Shown: positions 39,212 through 49,024 of the stretch, one piece after another
How the letters are laid out: the number at the start of each line of letters is the position of its first letter
Position numbering within the stretch: the first letter of the stretch is position 1
Source of the DNA: Actinomycetales bacterium
Lineage (GTDB): Bacteria; Actinomycetota; Actinomycetes; Nanopelagicales; Nanopelagicaceae
Direction of reading: 5' to 3'
DNA length: 64,000 nt
Assembly (NCBI GenBank): GCA_046085985.1
Contig: JBJSWS010000206.1
Location: 7,389-71,388, forward strand
Notes under the pieces: generated by a model
The model's input: only the letters and a program-made list of their open reading frames with translations
What the model was told of the DNA's origin: nothing
Databases searched by the model: none
Made by a program: the position numbers and the translations under genes

Positions 39212-42200
39212 ATGGCAAACAATTCCCCTTATCAAACGCTCAACCCACAAATAGATTTACCGGCAACCGAAAAAGAAATTCTAGATTTTTGGCGCACCCA
39301 AGAAATATTTCATAAGAGCGTTGCCCAACGACAATCTGGCGAATCTTGGACCTTCTATGAAGGACCGCCTACTGCAAATGGCATGCCAGGAACACATCAC
39401 ATAGAAGCACGTGTATTTAAAGATGTCTTCCCTCGATTCCACACTATGAAGGGCAAGCATGTAATCAGAAAGGCAGGCTGGGATTGTCACGGTCTTCCCG
39501 TAGAGATTGCTGTTGAAAAAGAATTAGGTTTTTCCGGGAAAGGCGATATCGAAAAGTTTGGCGTTGCCGCGTTCAATGAAAAATGTCGTGAATCGGTTCA
39601 ACGACATGTCGGTGCATTCACTCAAATGACAGAACGCATGGGTTTCTGGGTTGACTTTGATGAGGCCTATTGGACTATGTCAGATGAATACATCGAGAGC
39701 GTCTGGTGGTCACTGGCCCAGATTCATAAGAAAGGTTTGCTAGTTCAAGATCATCGGGTTGCACCCTATTGCCCACGTTGCGGCACGGGACTTTCTGATC
39801 ACGAACTTGCACAAGGATATGAAACGGTCACCGACCCGTCAGTCTATGTGCGTTTCCCAATTACAAGTGGTGAATTAAGCAAACTCAATGCAAGTCTTCT
39901 AGTTTGGACAACAACACCATGGACTCTGGTTTCAAATACCGCGGTTGCAGTAAATCCTGAAGTTACTTATCTAGTTGTGGCCAAGAAGAAGGAAGCCGAT
40001 AAGCCTGATTCTCTTGATGAAGTACTTGTTGTTGCCGAGCCTCTCGCAAAAATTATTGGCGAATACAAGATATTGAAAACACTAACCGGCAGAGAGTTAG
40101 AACGTGTTACGTATAAGCGTCCATTAGATTTGATTGAGATACCAGATTCACACTTTATAGTTCTTGCAGATTACGTAACGGTTGAAGACGGAACAGGACT
40201 CGTTCATCAATCCCCTGCTTTCGGCGCTGATGATTTAGCTACTTGTCGCAAATACGATTTGCCTGTAGTTAATCCGGTTGCAGCTAACGGACATTTCATA
40301 GATGACGTGCCACTTGTTGGCGGCCTCTTTTTTAAGGAAGCAGATAAGCCGCTGGTTAAGAAGTTACGTGAGAACGGTGTTCTATTCCGACATCAGCCTT
40401 ATGAGCACACTTATCCTCATTGTTGGCGCTGCCATACTCCCCTTATTTATTACGCACAACCATCTTGGTATATCAGAACGACTAAAGTTCAAAGTGAGTT
40501 AATCCGCGAAAATCAAAAGACTGATTGGCATCCTGAAACCATTAAGAATGGCCGGTACGGAGATTGGCTAAATAACAATGTCGATTGGGCGCTATCTCGA
40601 AATCGATATTGGGGAACTCCGCTTCCAATCTGGATCTGCGAGAATGCACATGAGATTGCAATTGAATCCAAGAGCGAATTATCGGCAAGAGCAGGTCGAG
40701 ATTTAACTGACCTCGAGCTCCATCGCCCATATGTCGATGAAATTACTTTCCCTTGTGAAACCTGCAATTCGCAGATGAAACGAACCATCGAGGTAATTGA
40801 CTGTTGGTACGACTCTGGATCAATGCCTTTTGCGCAATGGGGATATCCGCACAAAGCTGGATCAGTTGAGAAATTTAACGAGGCTTATCCTGCTGATTTC
40901 ATCTGTGAAGCAATTGATCAAACTCGTGGCTGGTTCTACACCTTGATGGCTATTGGAACTATGGTCTTTGATAAATCCTCTTACAAAACTGTCTTATGCC
41001 TTGGCCATATTCTTGATAAAGATGGTCGGAAAATGAGCAAACATCTTGGAAATGTTATAGAACCAATTCCATTGATGGATAAACACGGCGCTGATGCAGT
41101 CCGTTGGTACATGTTGGCTGCAGGTTCGCCATGGAGCGCACGTCGCGTAGGCCATGAAATCATCTCGGAAGTGGTCAGAAAGACTCTTCTAACATATTGG
41201 AATACCGTCTCGTTCTTAGCTCTTTATGCATCGGCGTCCGATTATCAACCGGGTAACGCTCCAGAAGTGTCTAGTCGTCCCATGATGGATAGATGGATTA
41301 TCAGCGAATTAAATAAGCTTATCGCAGCAGTTGATAACGCTTATGAGAATTTCGATTCTCAAGAAGTCGGTGAAATCATCTCAAGATTTATCGATGATCT
41401 ATCCAACTGGTACGTACGAAGATCTAGAAGAAGATTTTGGGATGGCGATATTTCAGCGCTAGCAACTCTAGAAGAGTGCCTAGAAGTATTGACTTTGTTA
41501 ATGGCTCCGATGGTTCCTTTTATAACTGAACATGTTTGGCAGGTACTTTTTAGAAGGGTCGACGCAAAGAAGCCGACTTCAGTTCATCTTGCCGATTTCC
41601 CAATCGCCAATGAAAAACTAGTGAACGAGAAACTATCTAAAGATGTTGCGCAAACACGCCGCTTAGTCGAACTGGGAAGAGCGGCTAGAGCTCAATCACA
41701 ACAGAAAATCAGACAGCCGCTCTCTCGAGCGCTGATCTCGGCAACAGGTTGGAGCTCATTAGCAGCGGAACTAAAAGAGCAGATTGCTGACGAGTTAAAT
41801 GTCGAGAACTTGGATGATTTATCTGCATCTGATGGTGATTTAGTCGATGTAACGGTAAAAGCGAACTTCCGAACTTTAGGCAGCAAATACGGAGGCGCAG
41901 TTCAAGAAATTGCCAAGTTAATTGGTCAATCTGATCCCAATCTGATGGTTAAAGAGATCCGTCAATCTGCAAAGTTAAAGCTCGCCTACAGTGAAGGTTT
42001 CGCAGAAATTGAAGAGAGCGATCTTGTTATTACAGAGACGCCCCGTTCTGGCTGGTCGGTAGCCTCGCATTCAGGTGAAAGTGTCGCCCTAGATCTTGCC
42101 CTTGACCAAAGATTGATTAATAAGGGAATCGTCCGTGAAGCGATTCGAGCTATTCAAGATGAGCGCAAAGCAATTGGTCTTGATGTCAGTGATCGAATCA

Positions 42201-42361
42201 AAGTACTTTGGAATTCTTCAGCCGATGCTGCCTCGGCAATTGCAGAAGCTAGAGATCACATAATGGATGAGGTTTTAGCTCTGGAGTTTGATAAAGATGA
42301 ATCTCTAAAGCTTGGAGATTCAGAACTTCAACTAGGACTTAAACTTACAAGAGTTAATTAG
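39212..42361 (+). CDS. ileS: isoleucine--tRNA ligase
   Basis: Class I aaRS motifs (HIGH variant PGTHHIEAR, KMSKHLGN). I prefer the ATG at 39212, which is 6 nt after GGAGG. The ORF-track ATG at 39194 would place that SD inside the CDS. Confidence 0.95.
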   Translation: MANNSPYQTLNPQIDLPATEKEILDFWRTQEIFHKSVAQRQSGESWTFYEGPPTANGMPGTHHIEARVFKDVFPRFHTMKGKHVIRKAGWDCHGLPVEIAVEKELGFSGKGDIEKFGVAAFNEKCRESVQRHVGAFTQMTERMGFWVDFDEAYWTMSDEYIESVWWSLAQIHKKGLLVQDHRVAPYCPRCGTGLSDHELAQGYETVTDPSVYVRFPITSGELSKLNASLLVWTTTPWTLVSNTAVAVNPEVTYLVVAKKKEADKPDSLDEVLVVAEPLAKIIGEYKILKTLTGRELERVTYKRPLDLIEIPDSHFIVLADYVTVEDGTGLVHQSPAFGADDLATCRKYDLPVVNPVAANGHFIDDVPLVGGLFFKEADKPLVKKLRENGVLFRHQPYEHTYPHCWRCHTPLIYYAQPSWYIRTTKVQSELIRENQKTDWHPETIKNGRYGDWLNNNVDWALSRNRYWGTPLPIWICENAHEIAIESKSELSARAGRDLTDLELHRPYVDEITFPCETCNSQMKRTIEVIDCWYDSGSMPFAQWGYPHKAGSVEKFNEAYPADFICEAIDQTRGWFYTLMAIGTMVFDKSSYKTVLCLGHILDKDGRKMSKHLGNVIEPIPLMDKHGADAVRWYMLAAGSPWSARRVGHEIISEVVRKTLLTYWNTVSFLALYASASDYQPGNAPEVSSRPMMDRWIISELNKLIAAVDNAYENFDSQEVGEIISRFIDDLSNWYVRRSRRRFWDGDISALATLEECLEVLTLLMAPMVPFITEHVWQVLFRRVDAKKPTSVHLADFPIANEKLVNEKLSKDVAQTRRLVELGRAARAQSQQKIRQPLSRALISATGWSSLAAELKEQIADELNVENLDDLSASDGDLVDVTVKANFRTLGSKYGGAVQEIAKLIGQSDPNLMVKEIRQSAKLKLAYSEGFAEIEESDLVITETPRSGWSVASHSGESVALDLALDQRLINKGIVREAIRAIQDERKAIGLDVSDRIKVLWNSSADAASAIAEARDHIMDEVLALEFDKDESLKLGDSELQLGLKLTRVN

Positions 42362-42370
42362 CAAATTTCG

Positions 42371-42649
42371 CTAAACGAGTATTTCGGCGAGGATTGATAC
42401 TGCAAAAAAGAGGACTATAAAAGATAGATCCAATGCAACCGGTCCGATTCGAAGCGGAGGAATAAATCTCCTGACAAAAGAGAGCGGACGGTCCGTAAGT
42501 AAGTAGATGATCTCCGCTAGCGGCAATAAAATCCCGCGAGGACGCCAATCTGGCTTAAACATTCTTACATAATCGAGAATTAATCGAGCAAAAAGAGCTA
42601 GTAAGAAGAAATTTAACGCAAATACAATTAAGCCAGTTAAGTTGATCAA
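42371..42649 (-). CDS. yggT: YggT-family membrane protein
   Basis: 92 aa with two transmembrane helices. Sits in the conserved position after sepF in the actinobacterial dcw tail. Confidence 0.8.
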   Translation of the reverse strand: MINLTGLIVFALNFFLLALFARLILDYVRMFKPDWRPRGILLPLAEIIYLLTDRPLSFVRRFIPPLRIGPVALDLSFIVLFFAVSILAEILV

Positions 42650-42654
42650 TTAAC

Positions 42655-43092
42655 TCAACTCTGATTGAAGAAACTTGCTTGAGCTGCTGCGCTCTTTTCT
42701 TCACCGCTTACTGTCACGTTTGGCGGGGTTAGCAGAAATACTTTCGAAGTAACCCGTTCGATTGTTCCTGCATGTCCAAAAACTAGTCCAGAGGCAAAAT
42801 CAATTAATCGCTTACGTTCAGCTTCTTCCATGTCGCTCAAATTCATAATTACCGGATTGCCTTCTCTGTAATACTCGCCAATTGCTCTGGCTTCACTGTA
42901 AAAACGTGGCGTAATGGTCACGATGCGATCTAGCGGCTGTGCACTTGGTGTCTGAGCGACCGATAACTTTGCAGGGGCACTCTTGATAGGCGCCTTAACC
43001 ACTGGGCGACTATTTGTCTCAACTACAGAGCCATCATCTTCAGTTAGACCCAGATAATTTGTCATTCTTCGTAGGGCATTAGACATGTTCAA
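42655..43092 (-). CDS. sepF: cell division protein SepF
   Basis: 145 aa. N-terminal amphipathic MSNALRRMTNYLGL and a C-terminal SepF domain (IVTITPRFYSEARAIGEYYREGNPVIMNL). Confidence 0.9.
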   Translation of the reverse strand: MNMSNALRRMTNYLGLTEDDGSVVETNSRPVVKAPIKSAPAKLSVAQTPSAQPLDRIVTITPRFYSEARAIGEYYREGNPVIMNLSDMEEAERKRLIDFASGLVFGHAGTIERVTSKVFLLTPPNVTVSGEEKSAAAQASFFNQS

Positions 43093-43107
43093 ATTTTACG
43101 GTTAGAG

Positions 43108-43800
43108 CTATCTCGAACCGAGGATTGAACTTCCAAGCCTTATATGTGTCGCACCGAATTCAATGGCGACTCGAAAGTCATCGCTCATGCCAGCTGAAAT
43201 ATAGGAAGCTCCCGGGATGATCTTTTGAAGTTCCTGCGATAGATCTTGAAGGAGCTTAAAACCTGGGCGTGGATCTTCCCCAAGAGGTCCTACCCCCATC
43301 AGGCCGACTATCGAAATAGATTTCATAGCCAAAATTTCTTCAGCAAAGGTGCTCATTTCAGAAGGTTCGATACCACTTCTATTCTCCCTACGGTTATTTG
43401 AATCGAGATTTATTTGAATGAAGATCTTCTGTTCCTTGCCGATATTCTCAGCCTGAACTGAAATCTTTTGAGCGTGTTCTTTGGAATCTAATGAATGAAT
43501 ATAGTCACTCCAATTGACCAAAGATTTTATTTTCTTGCTTTGGATACGGCCTTGGAAGTGCCAAATTGCATCAACGGGAATGCTCTCAGATTTGATCGAT
43601 CCTTCTTCATCGCGATTCTCTCCAAAATCTCGGATGCCCAATCGATAGAGAATCTCAACATCGCTGACTGGAAAGGTCTTGGTAACAACAATTAATTGAA
43701 CGTTCTTCGGGATCTGAGTTTTGATGGAGGCGAGTCGCTCGCTTATCTGCCTGGTTCGAAGCTCAGATTCATTCGGGGTAATTTTCTGAGTCATTGCCAA
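43108..43800 (-). CDS. yggS: YggS-family pyridoxal-phosphate homeostasis protein
   Basis: 230 aa with motifs VVTKTFP (PLP Lys) and DFGENR. Confidence 0.85.
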   Translation of the reverse strand: MAMTQKITPNESELRTRQISERLASIKTQIPKNVQLIVVTKTFPVSDVEILYRLGIRDFGENRDEEGSIKSESIPVDAIWHFQGRIQSKKIKSLVNWSDYIHSLDSKEHAQKISVQAENIGKEQKIFIQINLDSNNRRENRSGIEPSEMSTFAEEILAMKSISIVGLMGVGPLGEDPRPGFKLLQDLSQELQKIIPGASYISAGMSDDFRVAIEFGATHIRLGSSILGSR

Positions 43801-44474
43801 ATAACCCCAGCTTGTCTTCCAGTAATCCCATCTCGGCGATAAGAAAAATAGCCTGGTTGATGTTGAACGCAGAAAGCTGAAGCCTTATAGGAAATTCCTT
43901 CCTTCCTCAATTTAGCTGCAAGTCCAGCGGTTACATCAACGCACCGTTTTGCAGAATCAAAACTAGCTTCTGGGATTGCCGCGACAACTTCCTCATATGT
44001 TGCCAGATCAAGTTCATAACATTTTCCACAGATTGCCGGGCCTATTTCTGCCTCAATCTCTTTGGGAGTAATTCCATTCGAAATAAATTTCTTCAAAGTT
44101 TCTTCAAAGATACCTGCAACCAATCCTTTTCTACCGACATGTACTGCTGCTATTGCCGCTTTAGAGCTAAGTAGCAGAGGTGTGCAATCAGCAATCAAGG
44201 TGACTAGCGCACAATCTTTTCGCTTAGTAAATAATGCATCGGCTTCCGGCGGATTCTCGAAATCGGATTCCTCTGTTACTTCGTAGACGCTATTTCCATG
44301 AACTTGATTCATGTAGAAAATTCTTGATAGTGGAATACCAATACGTTCTGCAAGAATCTCCCGGTTTGCTTGAACATCTGATTGCAAGTCACCTACATGT
44401 TGGGCCAAGTTAAAAGATTCGAAAACGCCCTTGCTGACTCCGCCGGAGCGGGTTGAGAAGAAGGTCTTTGCCAT
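43791..44474 (-). CDS. pgeF: YfiH/PgeF-family (laccase-domain) protein
   Basis: 227 aa with motifs MNQVHGN, ADC.P and CGKCYE. Sits in the conserved slot after ftsZ. Confidence 0.8.
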   Translation of the reverse strand: MAKTFFSTRSGGVSKGVFESFNLAQHVGDLQSDVQANREILAERIGIPLSRIFYMNQVHGNSVYEVTEESDFENPPEADALFTKRKDCALVTLIADCTPLLLSSKAAIAAVHVGRKGLVAGIFEETLKKFISNGITPKEIEAEIGPAICGKCYELDLATYEEVVAAIPEASFDSAKRCVDVTAGLAAKLRKEGISYKASAFCVQHQPGYFSYRRDGITGRQAGVIWQ

Positions 44475-44476
44475 CC

Positions 44477-45607
44477 CTACTTCATAAAGTCTGGGACGTC
44501 GATATCGTCTTCGGCAACAAGTTCCTCAAATGTGATTCTTCGTTTAGCCGGTTGCTCTGGTGCATCCATAGCAACTGAAATTGGATCATTTGCAGGTATC
44601 GGATCGGCTTGTCCATTTAAAGTCGCTGAATTTAGTACGGGTACTGAAACTCGCTTTGGCACACCACCTTCAAAGCCAGCAGCAATAACAGTTACACGAA
44701 CTTCATCTCCGAGAGAGTCATCAATTACTGTTCCAAAAATTATATTTGCATCAGGATGTGCGTATTTAGCAACAAGTTCTGCTGCCTCGCTAATTTCAAA
44801 TAATCCAAGATCAGAACCGCCCGCAATGGAGAGCAATACCCCATGAGCGCCTTCGATTGAAGCTTCTAATAATGGTGAAGAAATTGCTAATTCTGCGGCG
44901 CGAGTCGCCCGGGCTTCTCCACGTGCAGAGCCGATTCCCATAAGTGCTGATCCGGCGCCATCCATAACGCTCTTAACATCGGCAAAATCAAGATTGATTA
45001 AACCCGGTGTTGTAATCAAATCAGTAATGCCTTGAACTCCTGAGAGCAGAACCTGGTCAGCAGTCTTAAATGCTTCTGGTGCAGATATGGAACGGTCGGA
45101 GATTGAAAGTAATCGATCATTTGGAATAACAATTAATGTATCCACTTCATCGCGGAGCTCTTCAATACCAATTTCTGCTTGACTGGTTCTTCGCTTACCT
45201 TCAAAACTGAATGGTTTGGTAACGACACCAACAGTTAATGCACCAAGACTCTTTGCGATTTTTGCAACTACTGGCGCACCGCCCGTACCGGTTCCGCCAC
45301 CTTCACCGGCGGTAACAAAAACCATATCTGAACCACGCAAGACTTCTTCAATTTCCTCGGTGTGATCAATAGCTGCTTGCTTTCCTATTTCAGGATTTGC
45401 ACCCGCACCTAATCCTCGTGTTAATTTTCTTCCGATATCAAGTTTGACATCAGCATCACTCATTAAGAGAGCTTGCGCATCAGTATTAATAGCAATGAAC
45501 TCAACACCTTTTAAACCAGCATCAATCATTCGATTAACTGCGTTAACTCCGCCGCCACCAATACCTACTACTTTGATGACCGCTAAATAGTTCTGTGGTG
45601 TTGCCAC
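44477..45607 (-). CDS. ftsZ: cell division protein FtsZ
   Basis: 376 aa with the tubulin signature [17 protein letters not shown], and a C-terminal [10 protein letters not shown] tail. GTG start preceded by AAGGGG. Confidence 0.97.
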   Translation of the reverse strand: MATPQNYLAVIKVVGIGGGGVNAVNRMIDAGLKGVEFIAINTDAQALLMSDADVKLDIGRKLTRGLGAGANPEIGKQAAIDHTEEIEEVLRGSDMVFVTAGEGGGTGTGGAPVVAKIAKSLGALTVGVVTKPFSFEGKRRTSQAEIGIEELRDEVDTLIVIPNDRLLSISDRSISAPEAFKTADQVLLSGVQGITDLITTPGLINLDFADVKSVMDGAGSALMGIGSARGEARATRAAELAISSPLLEASIEGAHGVLLSIAGGSDLGLFEISEAAELVAKYAHPDANIIFGTVIDDSLGDEVRVTVIAAGFEGGVPKRVSVPVLNSATLNGQADPIPANDPISVAMDAPEQPAKRRITFEELVAEDDIDVPDFMK

Positions 45608-45779
45608 GTTGAGCCCCTTTTCAAACCCTAATTCTCAACTTGAGAGTCAAGGTTTCGCTTAAATGTGTTGGCAAAAGTAGGCGTGGAGCAGGTCAGGGGC
45701 AAACACCGACACGAATTTTATTTTTCCTAATTAGAACCGAAATTTCAAAAGAATTTCTACCTAGCGAAATGAAAAATTC

Positions 45780-46517
45780 TTAGGGTCCTACTACTGGCGA
45801 CAATGGAGTTGAGAGATCAAATTCTTTCGCTCTTCGATTCTCCTTTAGTGCCATCAATCGAACTAATACTTCAAATTTGAGCGGGAACTCGTTGACACTT
45901 CCCCAGAAAACATCCAACTCTCGCCCCGCGATATCGACTTTGCTCCGGAACTTATCTCTACTAGGGGCCGAAAGATAGAGAACCTTTGCATTGGCCCGAC
46001 TAAGTTCTTCAAGAAGTAGTGCCACATCTGATTTAAGTTCACTTTGATTGGCGATCTTCAATTTAGGAAGGCCACTCCAGTCGACCTGCCCGGCGGCCTG
46101 TGCATCTGCCACTTGGTCTGCAGCTAAATAGAAGATTTCCAAATTTTTATCGAGAAACCCGATTTGAGTCATTGATGATTCTTCCAATACTGCAATCGCA
46201 TCACGCGGCTCTACATCTATTTTCACCTCACCACTAATGAAATTTCTAGAAATGTTTACACTCTCAACCCAAACTAAATTTCGTAACCGTGAGGCAATTG
46301 CTCGCTTGTCGACTCTGGCAAGCGGTTGACCTACCGTTATTACGCTTGGTGATTTTCCAATCTCTAATTTGAGCTGACTAACTATTTTATTTTCACTATC
46401 TTGATACGTAATCTTTTTGACCGGAAAGAAATCAGACCATCCAAATAAGTAGGTACTACCCGCCAATAACGAAAGAGTCGCAAGTAGAGAGGTAGTTCGC
46501 TTAACTCTTCTACTCAT
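45780..46517 (-). CDS. ftsQ: cell division protein FtsQ
   Basis: 245 aa with an N-terminal transmembrane anchor and a POTRA-like region. Lies between murC and ftsZ. Confidence 0.75.
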   Translation of the reverse strand: MSRRVKRTTSLLATLSLLAGSTYLFGWSDFFPVKKITYQDSENKIVSQLKLEIGKSPSVITVGQPLARVDKRAIASRLRNLVWVESVNISRNFISGEVKIDVEPRDAIAVLEESSMTQIGFLDKNLEIFYLAADQVADAQAAGQVDWSGLPKLKIANQSELKSDVALLLEELSRANAKVLYLSAPSRDKFRSKVDIAGRELDVFWGSVNEFPLKFEVLVRLMALKENRRAKEFDLSTPLSPVVGP

Positions 46518-47893
46518 CTATTTTGTAAATTTTCCAGAATAAGTGGTGCAAGGGAGCTTACGTCTCCAGCGCCTAGCGTGAGTACTAGATCGCCACTCTT
46601 TGCCGTTGAAATGATTTTAGAAATGACTTCGGGCATCGAAGGTTCATATGTGACTTTATCTTTATCCATTCGTTTGGCAATCGCTGCCGATGTAACTCCA
46701 GGGATAGGTTCTTCGCCTGCTGGATATATTTCCAATAGGTAGGTGTGATCCGCCTTAGACAGCTGCTCGGCAAATTGATCTAGAAAAGCTTGCGTCCGAG
46801 AGAATCTGTGAGGTTGATAAATAACAATAACTCTGCCGGTACCTACATAGCGGGTGGCTGTTTCTAAAGTTGCTTTGATCTCTGTTGGGTGATGTCCGTA
46901 ATCATCGACGACGGTTACTCCATTGACAGCCCCCTTGATCTCGAAGCGTCGCCTCGCCCCAGTAAATGAGTTCAAGCCCTCAATGGCACTTTGAATAGGG
47001 GCGCCTAATTCAATTGCGGCAGCAAGTGCTCCAAGGGAATTCAATAAATTGTGAGCTCCTGGTACCGATAAATTCAATTCTCCTAAAACTCGCCCCTTTG
47101 CCGTAACTCGCGCCAAAGAATTTTTTGGATTAAGCACTACTCGGTTAATCAAATAATCGGGGTCTCCGGAAGAACCGTATGTAATCAGCTTCACGGGACT
47201 ATCCTGCAAATTGTTTATTAATCGCTGAACACCAGGATCGTCGCTACAGACTACGAGGAATTCTGAGACCGTACTAGCAAAATCCATAAATAGTTGGTCG
47301 ATCTCCGTAAGGTTCTTGAAATTGTCAACATGATCAAGCTCAATATTTGTGATTACAGCCCCAGTAGGTCGATATGAGGTAAAGGATCCATCAGATTCAT
47401 CCGCTTCAACTACGAAAATGTCGCCCGATCCATGATGAGCATTTGTTCCGGAGTTCTTGATTGAAGCGCCAATTGCAAAAGATGGATCAAGGCCGCTGCG
47501 CTGTAAGGCCACGGTCAACATAGATGTTGTTGTTGTTTTTCCATGAGTTCCGGCAATAGCCACAGAGCGTCTATCGAATAATAATTCTGCAAGCGCCTGC
47601 GCACGTCCAAGAATTCTTATTTGTTGGGCTTTTGCCGCAACAATCTCTGGATTTGAATCTGGAATTGCACTTGACCTAACAAGCAAATCAGCGCCTTCTA
47701 TATTCGACTCATTGTGGCCGATGAAAATCTTGATGCCTTGCGACCGTAACCCATCTAATGCGGCAGACTCGTGTATATCACTTCCGGAAACGGTGCCTCC
47801 CCTTGCTGCGATTACCTTTGCTATTCCACTCATGCCAGAGCCGCCAATTCCAACAAAATGCGTCTTTAATTGAGCTATATTCTTGGCATTCAT
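46514..47893 (-). CDS. murC: UDP-N-acetylmuramate--L-alanine ligase
   Basis: 459 aa with motifs HFVGIGGSGMSG and GTHGKTTTTSM (Mur ligase P-loop). Confidence 0.95.
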   Translation of the reverse strand: MNAKNIAQLKTHFVGIGGSGMSGIAKVIAARGGTVSGSDIHESAALDGLRSQGIKIFIGHNESNIEGADLLVRSSAIPDSNPEIVAAKAQQIRILGRAQALAELLFDRRSVAIAGTHGKTTTTSMLTVALQRSGLDPSFAIGASIKNSGTNAHHGSGDIFVVEADESDGSFTSYRPTGAVITNIELDHVDNFKNLTEIDQLFMDFASTVSEFLVVCSDDPGVQRLINNLQDSPVKLITYGSSGDPDYLINRVVLNPKNSLARVTAKGRVLGELNLSVPGAHNLLNSLGALAAAIELGAPIQSAIEGLNSFTGARRRFEIKGAVNGVTVVDDYGHHPTEIKATLETATRYVGTGRVIVIYQPHRFSRTQAFLDQFAEQLSKADHTYLLEIYPAGEEPIPGVTSAAIAKRMDKDKVTYEPSMPEVISKIISTAKSGDLVLTLGAGDVSSLAPLILENLQNR

Positions 47894-47896
47894 AAA

Positions 47897-49024
47897 TTAG
47901 TTCACATCTCTCATGTGGCCCACGACTATTTTTGCAATCTCAGCTGCGGCGTTTAAATGAAGTTTATTTATTTCAGTGCTGCGAACTTTTGATTCGACAA
48001 TGTAATTCAGTAAATTTTTAGTTAGCCATTGCCCACTGAATTCGGTTTCAGTAAGAATCTTTGCAAACCCTTGAACTTCTAATTCTCGAGCATTTGTAAA
48101 TTGCTCACCATTCCCATGGGGCAGAGGCACCAAGATGGCTCTGGAATTTGTACTCTGGATTTCGGCACAAGTAACGGCGCCACTACGAGTGATTAAGAGA
48201 TCGGCAATTAGATAGATACTTGCCATGTCGTCAAAATAAGGCAGTGGCCGATAATTCTTCGTAGCCGGAGGCAGCGAATTGGTTGGACCTAGCGCGTGGA
48301 TTAGTTGGACTTGATTCGCGTTTTCGCTCGCCAAAAAATCCGCGATAGCTTGATTGATCGCACGGGATCCTTGTGAACCTCCGAATACCGCCACAACTGG
48401 AATCTCTGGCTGGAAACCTAATTCGGCTAGATATTTTGAACGCAGCCTTAGACGTTGCTCGGGATTTAGCGTGGAGAGTTTTGCGATTTCCTGCCTAATC
48501 GGCATTCCTGTTATCACTGAATTCGACCAACTCTTGCTCACTGAAGGAAAATTTACTGCTGTCACGGTAGCTAATTTCCTTCCCAACTTATTTGCCCATC
48601 CTGGTTTTGCATTTGCTTCGTGAATAATTATCGGAACTGCATTAATTCTGGCTGCGATGTATCCGGCAGCGCTTACGTATCCCCCAAAACCAACCAGAGC
48701 GGAGGCTCCTTTGCAGATTCGACTTGCAGCCAGTACAGCGCTAAGAAATTGAATAGGAAATGTAAAAAGTGATTTTGAAATATGACGTGGTAGGACAACT
48801 TTGGGAATAATTCTTAACTCATAATTTCTCTTCGGTACCAAGATATTCTCCAGGCCGCTATTGGTGCCTAAAAATTGACAGTCAATCTCAGGCGATTGTT
48901 GGCGCAGGGCATCTGCAACAGCAAGTGCCGGCTCGATATGGCCCGCAGTGCCGCCGCCGGCAAAAATTATCCGATTCTTCAAGATGGTTAACCTCTCGCA
49001 ATCTTTGCTTTTTTTCGCTCCCAT
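47897..49024 (-). CDS. murG: undecaprenyldiphospho-muramoylpentapeptide beta-N-acetylglucosaminyltransferase
   Basis: Motif FAGGGTAGHIEPALAV. The ATG at 49024 overlaps ftsW by 37 nt. An alternative TTG at 48982 is preceded by GAGAGG. Confidence 0.92.
   Translation of the reverse strand: MGAKKSKDCERLTILKNRIIFAGGGTAGHIEPALAVADALRQQSPEIDCQFLGTNSGLENILVPKRNYELRIIPKVVLPRHISKSLFTFPIQFLSAVLAASRICKGASALVGFGGYVSAAGYIAARINAVPIIIHEANAKPGWANKLGRKLATVTAVNFPSVSKSWSNSVITGMPIRQEIAKLSTLNPEQRLRLRSKYLAELGFQPEIPVVAVFGGSQGSRAINQAIADFLASENANQVQLIHALGPTNSLPPATKNYRPLPYFDDMASIYLIADLLITRSGAVTCAEIQSTNSRAILVPLPHGNGEQFTNARELEVQGFAKILTETEFSGQWLTKNLLNYIVESKVRSTEINKLHLNAAAEIAKIVVGHMRDVN

Noticed and set aside
42357-42375. 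The palindrome TTAGC-AAATTTC-GCTAA covering both the ileS and yggT stop codons as a bidirectional terminator.
   Set aside because: The stem is only 5 bp and AT-rich, with no flanking T or A tracts. It is too weak to call.
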